NCBI GenBank assembly: GCA_964602755.1
Contig: CAZRSM010000249.1
Location: 1 to 28,275, forward strand
Length of the DNA: 28,275 nt
Direction: 5' to 3'
DNA from: an uncultured Planctomycetales bacterium
GTDB lineage: Bacteria > Planctomycetota > Phycisphaerae > UBA1845 > Fen-1342
This document shows, in pieces, positions 1 through 8,189 of the stretch (position 1 is the stretch's first letter; every line of letters begins with the position of its first letter). The notes under the pieces were generated by a model, which did not search any database, was not told the DNA's origin, and was given only the letters and a program-made list of their open reading frames with translations. The position numbers and the translations under genes are program-made.

Positions 1-2193
1 GTCGTCGGTCGTGCCGCAGAGCAGCGTCTCGATTTCCTCGAGCGGGGCCTGGATGGCGAGCATCGCGCCGTCGGCCACCTCGCGGGCCTCGGCCATCAGC
101 TTGCCGCGCAACGCGGCGAGCTTGCGCAGGGCCTGGTCGCCGATGCGGCCGGCGGCCCGCAGGGCCACCAGCTCGCCGAAACTGTGGCCGCAGGTGAAGT
201 CCTCTTTGACGCCGAAGCGCCGCAGCACGCGCAGCATCGCCAGGCTGACCGCCCCCAGAGCCGGCTGGGTGACCTCGGTCTGCGTCAGGGCCTGCTGCTG
301 CGCCTGGCGCTGCTCGTCGGAAAAAGTGGGCTGCGGATAGATGCGCTGGCCCAGTTGCGGACACTCGGCGTCAGCCTCGGCCACGGCGTCCAGCGCTTCG
401 GGAAACTGGCAGACCACCTCGCGGCCCATGTTCACGTACTGACTGCCCTGGCCCGGGAACATCAGCACCAGTCCGCCGGGCTTCTCGCCGGTGCCGAAGT
501 AGACGTTGGGCAGTTGCCACGGCTGGTCGGTGCCGTTGCGCTCCAGGGCCGCCAGGGCCTGGTCGATAAGCGCCGCCAGATCGCCGTGATACTCGTGCAC
601 CAGCACGAGCCGGCAGCGGGCCTGGCCGTCGAAGGCCTGGCGCGAAACCGCCGCCCGCGCGGCCAGCTCGAGCCCTGAGAGGCCGCGGCCGGCGCTGGCG
701 CGCCACTCCTGCAGCGCGCTGCGCAAGGCGGCACCGTCGGATGCGCAGAAGGCGATCAGCTCGACCGAACCGTCCCAGGCCGGCTCGCGCTGCTGGCGCG
801 GGTATTCTTCGAGCACGGCGTGGAAGTTGCTGCCGCCGAAGCCGAACGAGCTGACCGCCGCCCGGCGGGGATGGTCGCCCCGGGAAAGCCAGGGGCGCGT
901 CTCGGTGTTGATATAGAACGGGCTGTCTTCCAGCGGCAGTTTGGGGTTGGGCTGGGTCACCTTGATGGTACCGGGCAGCACGCGGTGATAGAGCGCCAGG
1001 ACGGCCTTGATCAGACTGGCGGCGCCGGCGGCCGCCTTGGTGTGCCCGATCTGCGACTTGACCGAGCCGACCGCGCACCAGCGGCCGCTGGCAGCCGATT
1101 CGCGGTACACCTGTTGCAGGGCCTCGAACTCGACCACGTCGCCGACCCTGGTGCCGGTGCCGTGGGCTTCGACCAGCTCGACGGTGACCGGATCGACCCC
1201 GCTGAGCTGATAGGCCGCGCGCAGCGCCCGGGCCTGTCCCTCGGCCAGCGGCGCGTAGATCGACTGGCTGCGGCCGTCGCTGGAGGTGCCCACGCCCTTG
1301 AGCACGGCGTAGATGCGGTCGTTGTCGCGCTGCGCGTCGGCGAGCCGCTTGAGCACCACGATGCCCACGCCTTCGCCCAGCACGGTGGCGTCGGCATCGG
1401 CCGCGAAGGGCCGGGCGTCGCCGGTGGGCGAGAGCGCCTGGGCCTTGTGGAAACACATGAACATGAAGATGTCGTTGAGCGTGTCGACCCCGCCGCTGAT
1501 GACCATGTCGGCCCGGCCGGCAGCCAGCTCGAGGGCCGCCAGGTGGATCGCGCTCAGCGAGCTGGCACACGCCGCGTCGACCACGCAGTTGGTGCCGTGC
1601 AGATCGAGGCGGTTGGCGATGCGGCCCGCGACCACGTTGCCCAGCAGCCCGGGAAACGAGCTTTCCTGCCACTGCACGTAGCCGGCGGCGATGCGCTGCA
1701 CCACTTCGTCGGCCACCTGCGGATCGACCCCGGCCTCCAGCAGCGCCCGGCGCCACAGCGGATGTCCCAGCCGCGCCCCCAGCGGCAGAACCAGCTCCTG
1801 CGTGCCGGTGACCCCCAGGATGACGCTGGTGCGGCTGCGATCGAACTCGCGGCCGTTGTCGTAGCCGGCGTCGCGCAGGGCGCGCTTGGCCACCATCAGG
1901 CCGAGCAGTTGGGCCGTGTCGGTCGCTTCGAGCACCGCCGGCGGGATGCCGAACTCGACCGGATCGAATACGGTCGGTGGGATGAAGGCCCCCCGGCGGC
2001 ACTTGATGTAGTCGCCGACAGTCGGGTCGTCGGTGCAATAGTCGGCGACGTTCCAGTGCGAGGCGGGCACCTCGCCCACGCCGTCGTCGCCGTTGCGGAT
2101 GGTCCGCCAGTATTCGTGCAGCCCCTGCGAGTTGGGCAGCAGGCAGTCCATCCCCACGATGGCGATCGGTTCGTGTTGCATCTGTTTGCTCAT
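1..2193 (-). CDS. pfaA: PfaA-like iterative type I PKS / PUFA synthase subunit (KS-AT portion; runs off the left edge of the window)
   Basis: Not in the ORF track because no stop lies in the window; I translated it by hand from the ATG at 2193 (MSKQMQHEPIAIVGMDCLLP...). KS motifs DAACASS, EAHGTGT, KSQIGHTK and SSFGFGGSNFH are present, as are AT motifs LMFPGQGSQY and GHSFGE. EWQESSFPGLLGNVVAGRIANR-type text (here QWQESSFPGLLGNVVAGRIANR) is typical of PfaA. The start overlaps the pfaD stop (ATGA). Confidence 0.93.
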   Translation of the reverse strand, partial: MSKQMQHEPIAIVGMDCLLPNSQGLHEYWRTIRNGDDGVGEVPASHWNVADYCTDDPTVGDYIKCRRGAFIPPTVFDPVEFGIPPAVLEATDTAQLLGLMVAKRALRDAGYDNGREFDRSRTSVILGVTGTQELVLPLGARLGHPLWRRALLEAGVDPQVADEVVQRIAAGYVQWQESSFPGLLGNVVAGRIANRLDLHGTNCVVDAACASSLSAIHLAALELAAGRADMVISGGVDTLNDIFMFMCFHKAQALSPTGDARPFAADADATVLGEGVGIVVLKRLADAQRDNDRIYAVLKGVGTSSDGRSQSIYAPLAEGQARALRAAYQLSGVDPVTVELVEAHGTGTRVGDVVEFEALQQVYRESAASGRWCAVGSVKSQIGHTKAAAGAASLIKAVLALYHRVLPGTIKVTQPNPKLPLEDSPFYINTETRPWLSRGDHPRRAAVSSFGFGGSNFHAVLEEYPRQQREPAWDGSVELIAFCASDGAALRSALQEWRASAGRGLSGLELAARAAVSRQAFDGQARCRLVLVHEYHGDLAALIDQALAALERNGTDQPWQLPNVYFGTGEKPGGLVLMFPGQGSQYVNMGREVVCQFPEALDAVAEADAECPQLGQRIYPQPTFSDEQRQAQQQALTQTEVTQPALGAVSLAMLRVLRRFGVKEDFTCGHSFGELVALRAAGRIGDQALRKLAALRGKLMAEAREVADGAMLAIQAPLEEIETLLCGTTDD

Positions 2194-3947
2194 GCCGACT
2201 CCACCTGCCGCCCGGCGGCCGCCACGGCTGTATGTCCGCGTTCGACCGGCTCAGACGCCTGCTCCAGCTCGTCGAGTTCTGCGATCGTAAGCGGCACAAA
2301 CGCACGGGCCTCGGCCGGCAGCGTCAGCCCTCCGGCGGCCAGCCAGCCGGCCCGCGTCAGCGCTGCCGCCCCGGTCAGCAGATTGCGTCCCACGGTTACC
2401 ACGTCGCGGGCCTCCGGCTGCTCGAGCCAGGTGCCGCGCACCCATTCGTTGAAGGCTCCCATGGCCGGGCCGCACCAGACCTGATAGTCCATCACGCGCT
2501 GCGGATCGCCGGCGATGGCCCAGTGCGAGGCCTGCCCCAGGTACCAGCGGAAGACCAGGGCCATGCGGTGTTTGGGGTCGCGCTCGGCGCGCTCGATCTG
2601 GGCTTTGTCGCGCTGCATGAAGAACGCGCGCGTCTGCTGCCACACTTCGTCGAGCGGCAGGCGGAAGACAGTAGTTTCGAGCTTCTGCCGCTCGGCGGGT
2701 GGAATGTCGTCGAGGCTGCCGCAGGCGCGATACAGCTCGAACAGTTTGCGGGCCCGCACGGCGAACATCGTGCCGCGTTTGAGCACCTGCACCTGCACGC
2801 CCATCTCGAACATGTCGGCCGCCGGCGCCATGGTCACGTCGGCCTGCCGGGCCTCGGCCAGCATGCGCCGCACCGCCGGCGACGTGCCGGATTCGACGCA
2901 GGCCTGGTTGATGCTGCCGGTCAGCACGTAGCCGGCCCCCAGCGCGAAGGCCGCCGCCGCCGCAGCCGGCGTAGCGATGCCCCCGGCCGCCCCGATGTGA
3001 ATGCGGCGCTGCGGACCCCAGCGCCGCTGGTACTCGTCGCGCAACGCCAGCATGGTCGGCAACAACGCCAACGCCGGGCGATTGTCGGTGTGGCCGCCCG
3101 AGTCGGCCTCGGCTGTCAGGTCGTCGGCCATCGGCACCTGAGAAGCCAGCTCGGCCTGCTCGCTGGTGATCTCGCCGCGGCGCAGCAGTTCGGCCACCAT
3201 GGCCTCCGGCGGCGGGCTGAAAAACCGCCGCGCCACCTCCACCCGCGAGACCTTCGCGATTATCCGGTTCTCGGCCAGCGCCGCCCCGTCCGGCCCCCGC
3301 CGCAAGCCGGCCACGCGGTAGCGCACCAGCGGCAGACTCAGGTCGATATAAGCCGCCGCACTGACCAGCCGTACGCCGCGCCGCAGATACAGCTCGACCA
3401 CGGCGGCCTCGTGCCGCGGCTCGGCGGGGTTGTAAATGAGATTGAAGCCGGCCGGGAAGTCGCCCGCGGCCTGAATCTCGTCGATGGCGGCGGCAATGCG
3501 CTCCAGGCTCAGGCCGGCAGCACCGAAAAAGCCCAGCATGCCCGCCTGGCCCAGGGCCCGCACCATCGCCGTCGAGGCGATGCCGTGAGCCATCGCGCCG
3601 CCGACGTAAGCGTAGCGCAACGAGTAGCGCTGCCGGAAGCTCGCTTCGCCGAGCCGCTCGGGCGGCAAAGCCGGCACGTAGGCCAGCAGCGGCCGGGCGC
3701 CCTCTGAGTCGCGGGCCAGCCCGCCGCCCTCATCCTCGCAGGCCAGCCCCCCGCGGTCGGCCGGCATCTCGCCCAGGCGCACCTGCCCCGCGTGCGTGAC
3801 CGCTGGCTCGCCGTCGGCCGCGACCACGAACAGCGGCCGCCCCACGCGCCGGATGGCGTGCGCTATGGCCTCGGGCGCGCTCTGCAGCGCGTCCGACTCG
3901 CCGATCCACACCCCGAGTGTGCCGGTCGATTCTCGCAAAACCCGCAT
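2190..3947 (-). CDS. pfaD: PfaD-family enoyl reductase (FabK/nitronate-monooxygenase-like, FMN-dependent)
   Basis: Motifs GAMAHGIAS, EADSGGHTDNR, GAAGGIATP, MAPAADMFEMGVQVQVLKRGT, FRWYLG and DYQVWCGPAMGAFN. The start is moved from 4145 to the ATG at 3947 because the upstream extension crosses a promoter. Confidence 0.95.
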   Translation of the reverse strand: MRVLRESTGTLGVWIGESDALQSAPEAIAHAIRRVGRPLFVVAADGEPAVTHAGQVRLGEMPADRGGLACEDEGGGLARDSEGARPLLAYVPALPPERLGEASFRQRYSLRYAYVGGAMAHGIASTAMVRALGQAGMLGFFGAAGLSLERIAAAIDEIQAAGDFPAGFNLIYNPAEPRHEAAVVELYLRRGVRLVSAAAYIDLSLPLVRYRVAGLRRGPDGAALAENRIIAKVSRVEVARRFFSPPPEAMVAELLRRGEITSEQAELASQVPMADDLTAEADSGGHTDNRPALALLPTMLALRDEYQRRWGPQRRIHIGAAGGIATPAAAAAAFALGAGYVLTGSINQACVESGTSPAVRRMLAEARQADVTMAPAADMFEMGVQVQVLKRGTMFAVRARKLFELYRACGSLDDIPPAERQKLETTVFRLPLDEVWQQTRAFFMQRDKAQIERAERDPKHRMALVFRWYLGQASHWAIAGDPQRVMDYQVWCGPAMGAFNEWVRGTWLEQPEARDVVTVGRNLLTGAAALTRAGWLAAGGLTLPAEARAFVPLTIAELDELEQASEPVERGHTAVAAAGRQVESA

Positions 3948-4077
3948 CCTGACGGCCCCAGCGGGCACCCGATGGTTCGCCGTTTTCTTATCCGGCCGGC
4001 GCACACCCCGACCGCCGGCGGCGGGTCCACCACAAGCCCGCCCGCCGCTGAGCGCAGGGCCGGTCTTCGAACAGCGT

Positions 4078-4086
4078 ACTATAGCA
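4078..4086 (-). promoter_or_regulatory. Extended -10 promoter (TGcTATAGT) for the pfaD-pfaA operon
   Basis: TG-n-TATAGT on the minus strand, about 130 nt upstream of the pfaD start. Confidence 0.55.
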
Positions 4087-4120
4087 CGGAACCCGCCCCG
4101 GCGAAGCGGCCCCCGCCCAC

Positions 4121-4153
4121 AAAAAAAGCCGCCACGGCCGGCCACGCGTTGGC
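4121..4153 (-). terminator. Possible intrinsic terminator downstream of the H-X9-DG gene
   Basis: On the minus strand, a GC-rich imperfect stem is followed by T7 (A7 at 4121-4127 on plus). The stem is weak. Confidence 0.35.
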
Positions 4154-4269
4154 TCGAAGGTTGCCGGCTGGCTACCTGGGGCCGCTCGGTCGATGTGGGG
4201 AAGACCCGCCTCGACCGTCCTGGTCCGTAGCGCTCCGCAGGCTCCGAGCCGGACGCCCGCCGACGCGGC

Positions 4270-5235
4270 TCACGGAACCAGGAACGAATCAGTGCTGGTC
4301 AGCGGACCGATGGCCGTCTCGGCGTCGGGAACGATCCCGGTCTCGGTCGCGTCCCGAGTGTGTCCGGACTGGATAGTGTAAATGTTGTCGTTGCCGACAA
4401 TGGACCTTTGCAGAAAACCGACGTGTCCGTCGGCGAACAACACATTCTGGCCCTCGCCGGCGTGGTTGCGGCTGTTGTATCTGTCCCAGACGCGTGAATC
4501 GGAAACGAGCGACAGCTCTGCGACGCTGGCCGGGGGCTGCAGACCGGAGAACCGGTCGTGCACGGTGCGCGTGCCCGCGACGCCGGGGTCGCCTTTGGCA
4601 TAGTAAGGGCTCTTGTCGGCGGCCAGGGCCAGTTGTGCCTGCGCTGCTTCCGCCAGCGTGCCCCCTCTGCCGAAGGGCAACTGGTAGCCGTAACTGAGCC
4701 GGTCGTAGCCGGCGAAATCGAAACGGTCCACGCCGGGCCTGGCCACACTGCTGCCCTGTCCGCCGGCGGCGTCCGGCCCGTGGTTCCGCAGGTCGTCTTC
4801 GATATCACCCGAGCTCGGGCACACGTATGATCCGGGAACCGTCGTGCCGCTGATCACCAGCATGAACAGCGACCGGCTGGGATGGCTGCGGGTGGGACTG
4901 GTCTTGTGCGACGTGGGCTTGGTAATGCTCAGGAATTCGCTGGTGCCCATCGTTCCCACCCAGCGGACGCCATGTACCGGTGGCACTGCGTCGGACTCGC
5001 GCGTCTCGAAGTAGTGGCGCGGCAACCAGTCGCGGTTGTCGTTGGCGTAGATGAACATGCCCATACCCACGGCGCGCAGGTTCGCATGACACACTGCCTG
5101 CTTGGCTTTCTCGCGGGCCCGCATCAGCGAAGGCAGCAGAATCGTTATCAGCAGTAACAGAAAAAGCAGTGTCCACAGGATGTCCACCGGCGTTGCGGCC
5201 CGGTGCCGATTCCGCTTCTTGGCTCGCCAACACAT
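4270..5235 (-). CDS. DUF1559-like prepilin-type / H-X9-DG motif protein with a degenerate cleavage site
   Basis: Basic N-terminus, hydrophobic helix, ILLPSLMRAREKAKQAVCHANLR, and C-terminal NHAGEGQNVLFADGHV (H-X9-DG). GGAGG Shine-Dalgarno upstream of the ATG at 5235. Confidence 0.85.
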   Translation of the reverse strand: MCWRAKKRNRHRAATPVDILWTLLFLLLLITILLPSLMRAREKAKQAVCHANLRAVGMGMFIYANDNRDWLPRHYFETRESDAVPPVHGVRWVGTMGTSEFLSITKPTSHKTSPTRSHPSRSLFMLVISGTTVPGSYVCPSSGDIEDDLRNHGPDAAGGQGSSVARPGVDRFDFAGYDRLSYGYQLPFGRGGTLAEAAQAQLALAADKSPYYAKGDPGVAGTRTVHDRFSGLQPPASVAELSLVSDSRVWDRYNSRNHAGEGQNVLFADGHVGFLQRSIVGNDNIYTIQSGHTRDATETGIVPDAETAIGPLTSTDSFLVP

Positions 5236-5351
5236 GACTGATCCTCCGGCCAGGGCGTTCCGTTGCAGCCGGGTACCGCACTGGTCAGTACCCGCGAATG
5301 CATATTAGGACTTTCGTTGATGGATTTCTATTGGTAATTTCCAGCATGATC

Positions 5352-5369
5352 GGCGCTGTTGACAGCGCC
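5352..5369. promoter_or_regulatory. 18-bp palindrome GGCGCTGT-TG-ACAGCGCC, candidate operator
   Basis: Perfect 8-bp inverted arms just upstream of the RBS of the 5384 gene, in the divergent intergenic region. Confidence 0.35.
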
Positions 5370-5383
5370 CGGGACGGAGACCC

Positions 5384-6538
5384 ATGCGTCGCACCGCCGC
5401 TTGTCGCTCGCTGCCGTCGGCCGCTTGTCTGGCGCTGTTGCTGGCCGGCTGCGCGGCCTACCCCCGCGTGCCCTGCGCGCCGCACGTGCACCCCGCCTTG
5501 GGCGACATGACCGCCCATTACGGCATCGTGCGCCTGATGTATGCCACTGATCGCCGGCCCGTGGGCGGCCCCGTGCCCGCGCTTTACTACGGCGTCGACC
5601 GCGACCGCGCGCTGCATCTGGGCACCTGCGACGTCAGCATCCCCGCCGGGCACGTGCGCGGCCGGCTGGAGACGCCGTTGCCGCTGCTGTGGCCCGATCC
5701 CCGGCACCATGTCATGCTGCTGGCGCAGCCGGCCGTGCTCGAAGCCGACGAGTTCGTGGCCGAGCTGGACCGCCGCCTGCGCGACTCGCCGGGCGGCGAC
5801 GTGCTGGTGTTCATCCATGGCTACTACACGTCATTCCACGACGCGGTACGGCTGACCGCCCAGATCGCCCACGATGTCGACTTCGCCGGCGTCGCGGTGT
5901 GCTACAGTTGGCCGTCGGAAGCGTGGCTGCTGGGTTATCTGATCGACGGCGGCAACGCCGAATGGACCATCCCCCACCTGCGCGACTTTCTGCAACTGCT
6001 GATAGAGCACGGCGGAGCCAAACGCATTCACATCCTGGCCCACAGCATGGGCGCCCGTACGCTGGCCCGGGCGGTCCGCGAACTGTCGTTGCGCCGGATC
6101 GCCACCGGGCCGCCGTGGTTCGAGAACGTGGTGCTGGCGGCCGCCGACGTCGATACCGAGCTGTTCGAGCGCGACTACGCCGACTGGCTGTCGCGTTCGA
6201 CCCGGCGCCTGACGCTGTACGTCTCGACCGCCGACCTGGCGCTGGGCGGCTCGCGCCTGCTGCACAAGTACACGCGCCTGGGCCAGACCGGCCCGCTGAA
6301 CCAGCAGGCGGCCTGGCTGGCCAACTGCGAGACCATCGACGCCACCGCGGTCGACCACGGGGCCGTGGGTCACGTCTACTACGCCCGCAGTCCGACCGTG
6401 CTGCGCGACCTGGCGGGCCTGCTGGCCGGCCGTTCGGCTGCCCAGCGCGGCCTGCCGGCCAGCGATGGGCGCTACCTGCTCGCCCCGGCCTACGACCCCC
6501 ACGGCGAGCTGCTGCCCGCGCCGGCGACACAGCGGTAA
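5384..6538 (+). CDS. DUF900-family alpha/beta hydrolase, predicted lipoprotein
   Basis: Lipobox LLAGC; YATDR; VLVFIHGY; YSWPS; nucleophile elbow AHSMG; LAAADVD; C-terminal GHVYY. GGAG RBS. Confidence 0.88.
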   Translation: MRRTAACRSLPSAACLALLLAGCAAYPRVPCAPHVHPALGDMTAHYGIVRLMYATDRRPVGGPVPALYYGVDRDRALHLGTCDVSIPAGHVRGRLETPLPLLWPDPRHHVMLLAQPAVLEADEFVAELDRRLRDSPGGDVLVFIHGYYTSFHDAVRLTAQIAHDVDFAGVAVCYSWPSEAWLLGYLIDGGNAEWTIPHLRDFLQLLIEHGGAKRIHILAHSMGARTLARAVRELSLRRIATGPPWFENVVLAAADVDTELFERDYADWLSRSTRRLTLYVSTADLALGGSRLLHKYTRLGQTGPLNQQAAWLANCETIDATAVDHGAVGHVYYARSPTVLRDLAGLLAGRSAAQRGLPASDGRYLLAPAYDPHGELLPAPATQR

Positions 6539-6540
6539 GC

Positions 6541-6570
6541 AAAAAACGGCCAGCCTGCGTTGGCTGGCCG
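6541..6570 (-). terminator. Intrinsic terminator for the 6614-7546 gene (possibly bidirectional)
   Basis: 9-bp stem CGGCCAGCC/GGCTGGCCG with a 6-nt loop, and A6 at 6541-6546 (a U-tract on the minus strand), between convergent genes. Confidence 0.75.
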
Positions 6571-6613
6571 CGGAGACGGGAGTCGCTGCGGGTTGGTTCC
6601 GGTGGACGGCTGC

Positions 6614-7546
6614 TCAGCTCGTCTTGGGTGTCGTGGCGCGGCCGATCACCCAGCCGATCAGCAGCGAGAGGATCACCACGCCCGCCGCCCCGCCCAGCAG
6701 GAACCAGAAGTTGTTGCTGATGAGCTGGCCATAGTCCGGGAAGAAACCTTGCAGCACCGCGCCGCCGATGCTCCCGGCCACCACCAGCAGGATCAGCGAA
6801 CCGACCAGCATGCCGGCGAACAGCCCTTCCGACGGGTCGGCGGCCACTGCATAGGCCCCGACCGGAGCGACCTCCTGCACCGCCGGGGCGGCGGCGACCT
6901 CCTCGACGGCCTCGGCTTCCTCGGCTTCCTCGGCCTCTTCGACCGCCTCGGCCTCCTCGACCGCTTCCTCGGCCGCGGCCACCGGCGCCTCGGCGATTTC
7001 TTCCTCGCCGGGGTAGATCTCGTCGAGCAGCTCGGCGCCCAGCTTGGTATCGTCGGGCTCGTGGGTCAGATCGAGCAGCCCTGAGCCGCTGCCGGTGCCC
7101 TCGAGCGAAACCTGGTCTTCGCCGGGGCTGGCGGTGATCTGCGTCTCGGCCATCGGGTCGGCGTCGATTTCCAGCTCGTCGTCGTCGAAGACACCGATGC
7201 CGCTGGTGCTGATGACGGTGCTCTTGCCCTTGGACGACTCTTCGCCCTCATCCAGCGGTTCCAGTCCGAGCATGCTGGTGCCTTCCGAATCGGCCAGCGA
7301 CGGCAGCTCCGGCTCGGTGCCGCCCGCGGCCGGCTCCTCGGCGACCGGTTCGAGCATGATCTCGCCGGAGTCCTCTGCGCCGCCCGAGACGCCGCGCAGC
7401 TCGTCGATCTGGTCGGCTTTGAAAAAGACCTTGCCCGCGTCGCGGAACTCGCGCAGTTTGCCGTCGCGCACCAGGGCCTTGATTTCGTCCTCGGTCTTGC
7501 CCAGCAGCTCGCAAACCTCTTCCATCGAGTAAAACGCTTTGGCCAT
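6614..7546 (-). CDS. Excisionase/MerR-like HTH protein with an acidic linker and two C-terminal TM helices
   Basis: N-terminal FYSMEEVCELLGKTEDEIKALVRDGKLREFRD (HTH_17-like), a long D/E-rich region, then two hydrophobic segments. GAGGAG RBS. Confidence 0.8.
   Translation of the reverse strand: MAKAFYSMEEVCELLGKTEDEIKALVRDGKLREFRDAGKVFFKADQIDELRGVSGGAEDSGEIMLEPVAEEPAAGGTEPELPSLADSEGTSMLGLEPLDEGEESSKGKSTVISTSGIGVFDDDELEIDADPMAETQITASPGEDQVSLEGTGSGSGLLDLTHEPDDTKLGAELLDEIYPGEEEIAEAPVAAAEEAVEEAEAVEEAEEAEEAEAVEEVAAAPAVQEVAPVGAYAVAADPSEGLFAGMLVGSLILLVVAGSIGGAVLQGFFPDYGQLISNNFWFLLGGAAGVVILSLLIGWVIGRATTPKTS
6910..6936. repeat. 9-bp in-frame tandem repeat (CCTCGGCTT x2 + CCTCGGCCT) encoding (AEE)n
   Basis: Read directly; part of a more degenerate AEEAVEE tract at about 6898-6975. 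Confidence 0.8.
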
Positions 7547-7613
7547 GTTCCGCTCCTCTTACGGGCGCAGTGCCGACTTCTTCAAACCAGGCCGCCCGGT
7601 GCGTGTGCTGTCG

Positions 7614-8054
7614 CTACTCGGGCTTTTTGTCCTCCGCGGAAGGTTCCCGGCGTTGCTCGCTGAGGGCCTGTCGGCGCTGGAGCGACACCAGGTCCTGCAC
7701 CTCCCGATAGCTGGGCGACGCGCAGTTGAAATCACGCAAGTACCGATCATACAACCAGCTACGGCCGGCCACCAGCCGGAGCTTTCTCACCCCGTCGACC
7801 GTCTCCAGCTCGTAGCACCATATTGTACCCTGCTCGATGTCGAGCATGAACAGCCCGAAAGTGTTGCGGTCGATCTGGCCGGCAAAAGCGTAAACGCCCC
7901 GCGCTCCGGCCAACGGCGGCGTCTGGGCCACCGCCTGCCGCCCTTCGCCGCCACGACCCAGCAGAATCCCCGCAATCAGCGCCAGCAGCACCACCGCCAG
8001 CCACATCGGCGTCGAACCGCCGGCCCTGCCGCCCTGACCGCGCTTTGTGTCCAT
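7614..8054 (-). CDS. Hypothetical membrane-anchored or exported protein
   Basis: N-terminal hydrophobic helix (WLAVVLLALIAGILL) followed by a beta-rich segment. The start at ATG 8054 is preferred to 8099. Co-directional with the HTH gene. Confidence 0.7.
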   Translation of the reverse strand: MDTKRGQGGRAGGSTPMWLAVVLLALIAGILLGRGGEGRQAVAQTPPLAGARGVYAFAGQIDRNTFGLFMLDIEQGTIWCYELETVDGVRKLRLVAGRSWLYDRYLRDFNCASPSYREVQDLVSLQRRQALSEQRREPSAEDKKPE

Positions 8055-8141
8055 CTGCTCGCCGTTGGTGCCCACACCGTCGCTGCTCGACGGCCCCACA
8101 CAGGGTAGCCGAGGCGACTGTCCGTCCGTCGCCCGCTGAGG

Positions 8142-8170
8142 ATGCTAGCCCGACGCTGAGGGCCTGACAA
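8142..8170 (-). promoter_or_regulatory. Sigma70-type promoter TTGTCA-N17-TAGCAT
   Basis: Near-consensus -35 and -10 with a 17-bp spacer, upstream of the 8054 gene. Confidence 0.65.
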
Positions 8171-8189
8171 GAACGCCGCCGAGCGGCTC

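Noticed and set aside
371-2484. Long ORFs 371..2305 (-) and 820..2484 (+)
   Set aside because: Alternate-frame and antisense shadows of the pfaA gene. They are Arg/Gly/Ala-rich with no motifs, and the true frame is missing from the track only because it lacks a stop in the window.
3948-4145. N-terminal extension of the PfaD ORF
   Set aside because: It crosses the extended -10 promoter and has low-complexity composition; PfaD-like sequence begins near 3947.
6898-6975. Short tandem repeats as a CRISPR array or contingency locus
   Set aside because: In-frame 9-bp coding repeats with no unique spacers and no cas genes; length changes would not shift the frame.
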